Below, in pieces: positions 55,958 through 64,000 of a DNA stretch of 64,000 bases (its first letter is position 1; each line of letters begins with the position of its first letter). The stretch lies in assembly GCA_030141605.1 (NCBI GenBank), contig JAQGDQ010000663.1, positions 1 to 64,000 on the forward strand. The letters are read 5' to 3'. Both the position numbers and the translations under genes were made by a program. The stretch comes from Tubiluchus corallicola (lineage: Eukaryota; Animalia; Priapulida). A model generated the notes under the pieces. The model saw nothing but the letters and a program-made list of their open reading frames with translations. It was not told the DNA's origin and did not search any database.

Positions 55958-57464
55958 TGGACTTGCTTTCCCATCATGAGGCCATTTTGTTACACAGTTG
56001 CAGGTAAATTTATTTCAGTACTAGTACATATCTGCGTACATTATATATTTGATTGTGTTTTGCTTAGAATAGGATAAATTTAAGCTAACAGCTTGTAACA
56101 TGCATTTTGTACATACGAATTTGGATTATTATTTGCATGCTGATCTGTACATATTGTGTGTAAAGTCCATTGTAAGAATTGTGTGCTGAAATTTAAAAAT
56201 GTTTGTAAATACGGAAAACTTGTAGTTACTGTGAATAACCGAATTTAACCACAACAAGAGACTTGTCGTCTGCCTACCGGTCTTATTTATGAGTATGGGT
56301 GATCGTATTTTATTCTTATAGTTTTGTTGTTTTCACGTACTTTCAAAATTTTGCTTTGTTGTTAATAATAATGCCATGTGTATTGTTCTTCAAGAAATGT
56401 TCTTGTATTCGTTAGGATGCTCAAGCTTTAGCAGTTTTAAAATTAATAACCGCAATAAATGATATCTGAATTAAATAATGTAAATATATATGGATGCAAG
56501 TGTAAATTACAATTGTGAAGATTAGGTTGCTGCTGTCCAAAGTTGTGATAAAACGAGCATGTAGAATAGGTCTGTAAATAACATTAATATCTACTCCTCT
56601 AGATATTAAATTAATAAATTCAATTAAAATTGAAAAAATTGTGTAAAATAATTGATTATCTTGTTAACATGTTTAATTCAAAATAATTATTACTGACTTT
56701 AATCTGTTGAATTAAATATAAACAGTTTGAAATATATTTTGAAAATGTACAGTTTAATAATAATAGGTTTACTATTTTGCTACCTGTTATCTACGAAATT
56801 TTATCGCATTTTTGCTAATGTTTGTAATAACAACAGTAATAATAATTATCTTACTAACTGTGTGGTTATTAGGAATGTAATAAATATAATGAAAGCCTTT
56901 ATTTAAAGTGCAGGAAAAGAGCTCATTTTTGCTTAGTTGTTGTCTGCCTTTCATATTGATACTGTGTTATTTTATTTTTACGAAGTATTGTGAGATTGTT
57001 ATCGAACGTCATTATAATTATTATTAAATGTTGGAGAATTTATATTGTTTGTATTAAATAAATTTAATTTAACTGACTTTTTGCCTTTAGTCGTACATGC
57101 AGTGTACTGTTTGAAATTGTGCAATTATAGTAAAAGTACAGGCCTTGCAAATGACAGCAATCACAACGGCATGCTTAAATTCTATGTTATGGGTAAATAT
57201 TATAAATTTTCGGTAATAAATACAGTACACGGCATTATTTTTTGTAACAATAATTTATACTTTTTAAAATTTTACAAAAAAATGCTTAATGCTTTTAATG
57301 CCGTTTCTCTTATTCAAATTATTTTTTTGTGGGTTTCCAAATTCACCTTTGCCAAGGTCATGTACTCTTTACATTCACCTTTAGGCTTGAAATTATAAGT
57401 ATGCTTCAAATTTTATTGAACTTCTTTTGCTCTATGCCTACTGGATGAAGTTTGAACTGCTTTC

Positions 57465-57895
57465 ACCGCTGGTGGATACAGTGTTTAAAGCACGAATGGT
57501 TTAAGGCATGCGTAATCTAAGCCAAAGGTCTGTGGTTCAAATCCAAGATGTGTTCCCACTTCAAATTTCTTGCCTTTCAAGATTGATGTCAAAGTTTAAT
57601 TTTTGTTGGTTCATACCATCATCTTGGCTTAAGATTATAATAACTAACTACTCAAGGGATTTCTGGCTCAAAATTAATCAAAAGTAAAAAATCTAGTTAT
57701 AGTTCTAAAATCACTCTAGTGCGGGTGATTCTGATATTAGAAATGACCAATTTGGGTGGCCAACCATAAGCCTTTAAGAAATTGATGAATTTCGAACTGC
57801 GTTAATTGACCACAAGCGGATACAGTGGCAAAGTGGTCTAGACGACTACAATGAAAACAGAAGGTCAGTAGTTCAAATCTAGGATGTGTCAAACT
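57465..57895 (+). mobile_element. Two tRNA-derived SINE-like heads (57465-57560, 57815-57895)
   Basis: A-box-like TGGCAAAGTGGT and B-box-like GTTCAAATC followed by a shared ggatgtgt; no clean cloverleaf. Confidence 0.4.
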
Positions 57896-58249
57896 TTTTC
57901 ACCTTTTGTGTCTTTTATGTTTTGTGACAAATTTAGTTAACTGTGGGTTTATACCGGGTTAGTACCTTAAACTAAAGAAAATAAAATAATTTTCACGTAA
58001 ACCAGTCAAAATTAGAAAAACAGTGTTATTGCAAGAGATGGTAATCACTAATCAGTCTTGTAAAAAAAGTGCAAGTATATGGTGGCACTCTTCTAAGCAC
58101 CGAAGATGATATTAAAAGTAAAAAAGCAACAAGCAATGGATGCCTTAGTTCAATGCAAAGATGTATTAACTAGCAAGAAATTAAGTCTTAACGTAATACT
58201 TTGACATAAATGTTAACATAAGGCTTTATTAATGCTTACGTTACCAGCA

Positions 58250-58700
58250 TAATTATTGTGAAACATGGGGTTTAACGATTACACTCAAGAAAAGCCGATT
58301 GAAACATTTCATGAGTCTTATAAGGAAGGTTTTAAAGCTAAGATGGATATACATAACCAATAACGGAAATTTATACACTAGAACGAAAGAAATTCCTTGA
58401 AGTTCAAAAGTCGATTCGCAGAGTAGGATGGCTAGGACACCTTCTAAGATTAACAAGTGAAGTGCCGATAAGAATCGCTTTAAAAGAAGCCTTAAAACCT
58501 TACAAAAAAAACCACCTGGCAAACCAAAAACAACATACTTGGATAGTTAAGATAAAAAGGTATTCAACAACTTCAACCAAGCCTATCTTTAGGGGCAGGG
58601 AACTTTTGCTGTTAGCTGCAGATGGTAATGGGTGGAGTACTCTAATAAAATGTTAATTCCTCAATGTCTAGAATAAATGGAATGAGACCTTGAAGAAGTA
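58250..58700 (+). mobile_element. Degenerate LINE 3'-end fragment; related copies at 59195-59620 (+), ~39950-40345 (-) and 60140-60300
   Basis: Repeated collinear sequence with remnants like I.W...I.N..LY.RT and RW.GH..R typical of the C-terminus of non-LTR ORF2; ends in gaagaag. Confidence 0.6.
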
Positions 58701-61030
58701 AGTGCCATAATTATTATGGAATCCACGATAGTGGCGAAAATTTCCTAAACGAAAGATGCACTTTACTAAGTATGATGTAATAAGGAAGCTCATTTAACAA
58801 CTTGCCGTTCAGATTTCATCGCAGGCTGTCACTTTGTTCTGGCTGGGCCTGGGTCATTCAATGGAAATTTTAATCACGTCCACTGTAAACTCTGTAGTAG
58901 GTGTGAGGATTCTCTATTAGAAAGCGAATTTGAATTGAATAGGATCTACGACTTTCGAATACGAATCCAACCGAATTTCAGTACTTCGTATTCGCATTGA
59001 GTTTGTAAGATTTTTGAACAAATGTTCGAATCAGTAGTAAAAAGTGGTCTTGCAAAAATCATGCACATTAGTTGATTTTGTACTGCAGTAAAACCACTAT
59101 TAGTTTATTTAAAAGTAGAATACTCCAACAAATGTTAAATATAGACATACCTCGCTAAAAGATGTTGTTTTTCCAGGAGTTGTTGAAACAGCGAAACTTG
59201 GGATTTAACAATTACTCAAGAAAAGCAGATTGACACATTTCCTAGAACTGTTCTTAGGAAAGTTTTAAAGATAAGATGGCCATACATTATCAAAAGTGAT
59301 GATTTATACACCAGAACACAAGAAATTTCTTCGAGTTCAAAAGTCAAGATTCGAAGATTAAGATGGCTGAATCAACTAAGATTACCAAAATTAATGAAGC
59401 ACCAGCAAGAATTGCCTCAAAGGAAGCCTCAAAACCTTGCATAAAAACCGCTTGGCAAACCTAATAGCTAAGATAAATAAAGCTGTTCAACAACTTCAAC
59501 CAAATCTATCTTTAGAAGTTGAAGAACTTACGCTGTTAGCTGCAGGTGGAATACTCTGATAAATATTGATATCACAATGCCTACAATAGGTGGCATGAGA
59601 CTTTGAAGCAGCAGAAGAAGTTTATTAAAAATTTTGCTAATTGCATGCTGTTTCAAACACTTTAATGATAAAGAATATATGTGGCTGTAATGCTGAATTA
59701 TTCGAATCTATAATTTTAGATTCGAATCGAATTCGAACTAAAAAATTAGTCCGAATCGAATTCGAATGGTCGAATTCAATTCGAATGTTCGAACTCGAAA
59801 GTTAGATACTCAATCCTACTCTGTTGTCCATGTGAAAACAAACAGAACATAAGAAATAATTATACCATGTAGACAAGACTACACACAGAAGTTTTGTAGA
59901 AGAGTTAGCTTAATTAGCTATTATTTTATAATATTTATGTGGATTAAACCGGTAGTCTAGACCCAAATGATGCTGGAGGTTACTAGACAGTCTAAGGCTG
60001 AAGCGCGCTTACTTACTGATGTTAGACCATACATTGATTTCCAAGAAACAAACTCGCCCTTATTGAATTAGCTTCAGTCAAGCGATTACTTTTGCGGTAA
60101 TGGCGATTTGCGGGTTACTGTTGTCAACGTTAAGTATTGACATGAAACTTGAAAGGCAGGAAACGTGAAAAAGTTGGAATACAGACACTTGAGATGGATT
60201 GGGCATATGCTTGGACTACCTGACGTTAGTACAGTAAAGGTAGCTCTACAACAATCAACAGAAACATCCAGAAAACCAGCAGGAAGACAGATGTTACCGT
60301 AAAAAGTTTTAGATTTTAGATATGTCTTGCCTCTTCAGTACTGATCCTTAGAGATAGCAGTACGTTGGCCATTGCAGGAATTAGGGGGGGGGGGGTCCTG
60401 GCATAAAGAGGTGAACAGAATCGTGGACGAGTGATTCAGTAGATGATGATGATGACTAAAGTGGTGCCCAGAGATCCCGAGTGCTTGACTTGAATTCGAT
60501 TTAAAATGTTCTCAGTAATGATAAGCGTGATAACATTTCATCGTGAAATGAAGATAGTTGAAAAGTCAGAACAAACCAGATGTAAAAAAAATTCAATGAA
60601 TGTAAAGTTGCGAGATATTGTAAAAACTTGGAATGTTTACAAAGTACATGAAAGCGATCCCTAGGCACGCCACGGGGATCTAGACACAGACAGCTCTAAA
60701 GAGAACAACTTTGTTTTTCAGTATGTGCACGACTGCTTTATGAATAGTTTTAATTTGCATTTTTGCCTGAATTAGTCAGATTAGACAAAAACCATTTACT
60801 ACTTTAGACTTTTGTGATTTCTTTCTTAAAAGATTCATGATGTTCACTTCTATATTTTAATAGACGATGCTACAAAGATATTCGTTTATTTAGTGCATAA
60901 TCTTTGAAGACCTTACAGCAAGTTCTATATAAAACATAAAGTTTAAGTGTTTTTTTGTAGCTTCAGACATCAGGTCTCTGTTTAAGGTATCATCTTGAAC
61001 AAACAACAGAGCAACAATTTTGTCTTGACA

Positions 61031-61100
61031 ATGTGCACTAGAAGAACTCTCACCTACTTCACAATTGCATTTTATTATGTTTTGCTCGGCATTGAAGGAG
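61031..61100 (+). CDS. MFS transporter (MFSD8-like), first coding exon
   Basis: MCTRRTLTYFTIAFYYVLLGIEG; G|GTAAGC donor; acceptor at 60960 implies an upstream UTR exon. Confidence 0.75.
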
Positions 61101-61403
61101 GTAAGCCGTGCTTTTTGATTCTAGTACAATTTTAATATTTCTTCAAAATGTAAGTTGTGGCATGTAACCTGTCGGAAGAATGCAGTTTTACATTGTGGTG
61201 CAATAGATTATTGCAGAATTTGCCTACATGACACCTGTGACAGTCAGTCTGCCTAATCGTATTCTATTGTGAAAAAGTGTGGTTAATATATTTGCAAGCG
61301 GTTAAATCTGCTGTCTGCAGAACTATACATTAACTTTTAATAGTAAGTAGTCGTGGATGTTCGAGCAGTGTTGTGCTGTAAATTTACTTTAATTATTTTT
61401 CAG

Positions 61404-61499
61404 CTGTAATTTTTCCCACACTCTGGCTGTACTTGCGGGATAGGTTTGGCGCACCTGAGTACATGGTTGGGCTTGTAATGGCTGTGTTTAATTTGTCAG
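61404..61499 (+). CDS. MFS transporter (MFSD8-like), second coding exon
   Basis: AVIFPTLWLYLRDRFGAPEYMVGLVMAVFNLS; phase 1/1. Confidence 0.85.
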
Positions 61500-63623
61500 G
61501 TAATGTAAGATAACTATATAATAGGAGAACACTATGTATTCATTGTGCCAGCTCTGTATGTCTCCTTAGACTTAGAGGGTTCCAATTTTGCTATGACATC
61601 TACATTAGGTCTTGTAGTTTAGTGCCAAACTGTGTAAGATTGATCAATGTGCTTGTACTGTGGTTTATTTGACTTTTGCAATATAATGATACATTTTCAC
61701 ATGGATTGTTGATTGCCTTTACAAAACTTCTGTTATAGCCGTGTAATTGAATTTTTGTAAATTAGCAACTCACCTGCTGTTTTTTATGTTGAGATATACA
61801 CTGAGTGCAGTTTATTAGACTCACGGTTAGTAGAATCAGTCGCGTAATTGACTCAGAAATGTCTGGCATGGGCAGCTCCTATTCAATTGTATATAAAAAC
61901 TGTTCACTCAATTTACTCAAACAACTTCATGTAATTGACTAAATTTTTTGCTTCATCTTGTTAAAATATGAAATTTGTGCATGAGGAATAAGTCTTTACT
62001 ACATTTAAGTTTTCTTCCCTTTTGTGCACTTTAATGTATGTAGAAACAATCATGTTAAGTACTGATTTGTTTGTAATTATCACGACTAATATGTTAACGT
62101 AGTGGTTTTGCTTTGAACTGTCACCCGCTCATGCACTCACAGTTAATCTCTTTGTCCAAGCATTTATGCAAGCCAAACTTATCATTTGCCTAGCAGTTTC
62201 CTTTTGACACTCTTGCTGCTTTTCACAGAACATTTATCGGTTAACTGTTGCTGCCGCCAATGGCAGTAATCTGTTGGAATTCTTTGTGACTTTTACATTG
62301 CAAGCATAAACATTATAGAGCTTCTAAAAGTATAGAACTCATGTTAATTTTGAGAAATGGAGCCTTTGATGGATGACAGGCAGTGATCTGTTTGAGGAAT
62401 TAGTTCCTTTCTGTCATCCATGGCACATAGTGGTAGGCACAACCTTCATATTGATTATGGCTATATAATTTTACTGTTTACTTTTACTCATATAGAAAAT
62501 GTATATATTTATTTCTTGTACCTAATAGGTAATAAATAAATAAATAAATAAGCGTAAAACCCAAGATTTGAGCCTGTTGCTGCCTTTACAGTGCATACTA
62601 AGCTGAAGTGTCATGACTCATACTTCTATACTAGAATTACCAGAAATGTTTTGGCATTATTATAGGTCTTAAAATGTATACCTTACTTCAGAATGCTGCA
62701 GAATATGAAAAATCGTCATTTTCCCTTAAAGGAACACAGGATGATTTTTCATATGCTAGCCCATTTTCAAGTACGGTAAAAAGTATACATTTTAACACCA
62801 ATAATACTGTAAAAGTGTTTCTGATAATTAAATAATAGATTAAAAACTTAATTAACGGTGGGCAAGCCCAACTAACTAACTATCACAAACTAACATAATT
62901 TTCAACATCAAACACATTTGTGAATAGCACAGTGCTACTGTAAGAGATTCAGTGTGTTGTAATAAAACTCGGCAATTTCAAATTTACGCATGAGCTGTCG
63001 AACGTGTGCGGTTCATCATAAACTAACACATCTGAACTGAGAGATACAGCGTCAGTTTTTTTTGTGCAACACTTTCCAAATTACCCGTTTAACTAGCGAA
63101 TAGCGAAAAGTGCATGTAACAGCGAAGAACTAGAACAGGCGCGAACGCGAAATTGCGTTTGTGTGGTAATAATTGTTTTACGTAAGTTTTCTTTCAATAT
63201 TTTAAAGAATCGCGTGTTTTGACCTACAGTTTAACATTAGTTCCGGTTTTTCTTGAAACGAGTTCTGAACAAGCCTGTAGGTTAAACTGAGGACTCATAA
63301 TTGAAGGATTTTAGGTGTACTTCTCTTGTTGCTGTTTTGATTGTGTCATCATTTGAGCAAAGCAGCTCAATATGTTATCATACTGGGAGAGAACAAACTT
63401 CTCATGAAGGGTTGCTGGGCTTGTCCTCCACAGGCATTGGAACAGTTTGTATGAAACAGTCCAATGCTAAAGGGTAAATATTATGAAAAATCAGCTGAAG
63501 TGTGTAAGGCAACTATTGTAACCAAAGATTCACTGTCCTTCATTTTTTAGTTTATTTTTGAGTCATGTTATCTGATTAAGTGTTCACTAGGAGGACTGCT
63601 TTTCACTGTTTTTTAATTATTAG

Positions 63624-63779
63624 GTTTTTTTGCTTCGCCGTTAATTGGTCGATGGTCAGATGTTTCGAGCAAGTCTAAGCTAATATTAGCCTTTGCAAAT
63701 CTCTGGGAGATTGTTGGTAATATATTGTACATGATGGGCCTGTCTCAATGGATGCTAGTCCTTGGCAGGTTACTAGCAG
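63624..63779 (+). CDS. MFS transporter (MFSD8-like), third coding exon; gene continues beyond the window
   Basis: SPLIGRWSD (MFS motif A-like), GNILYM, GRLLAG; phase 1/1. Confidence 0.85.
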
Positions 63780-64000
63780 GTAATTGTTTTAGAAACTATC
63801 TCCATTAACTATTAAAAATTTTTCTATTACAGGTCGTTTTGGATTTTATTAAATTAAAACTATGTCCATGTAGATGTAAGGGAATCAGTTTTTCGAAAGA
63901 TGTCCTACTTTTAATGGTTTAAATTGCCATTATTGTGAATAAGTACTTACAATGTTGTTAATTTACGAATTATTGTAAATAAGTGCTTACCTGAGCACCT

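Noticed and set aside
57465-57895. Possible tRNA genes
   Set aside because: A/B-box-like motifs are present but no consistent cloverleaf could be folded; treated as SINE remnants.

Overview
AT-rich, intron-rich animal DNA, most likely an invertebrate; the taxon cannot be fixed from the sequence. Five protein-coding loci could be assembled by hand. (1) A complete six-exon nicotinic acetylcholine receptor alpha-subunit gene on the minus strand (32265->11443, 499 aa). (2) A TTLL4-like ATP-grasp ligase with an uninterrupted CDS on the plus strand, nested inside intron 2 of that receptor gene. It has an unexpected N-terminal hydrophobic anchor and altered active-site loops. (3) A two-exon 68-aa, 21-Cys metallothionein. 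(4) A complete CREBRF/REPTOR-like bZIP gene whose leader appears to carry ATF4-like uORFs. (5) The first three coding exons of an MFSD8-like MFS transporter. The first 10.4 kb are a complex rearranged partial duplication of the receptor gene: forward and inverted segments, three of the four junctions showing 2-9 bp microhomology. This is either a real template-switching amplification or an amplification/assembly chimera. The rest is micro/minisatellites, MITE-like TIR elements, and LINE and SINE fragments. All exon models and alignments were done by eye; no database searches were run.
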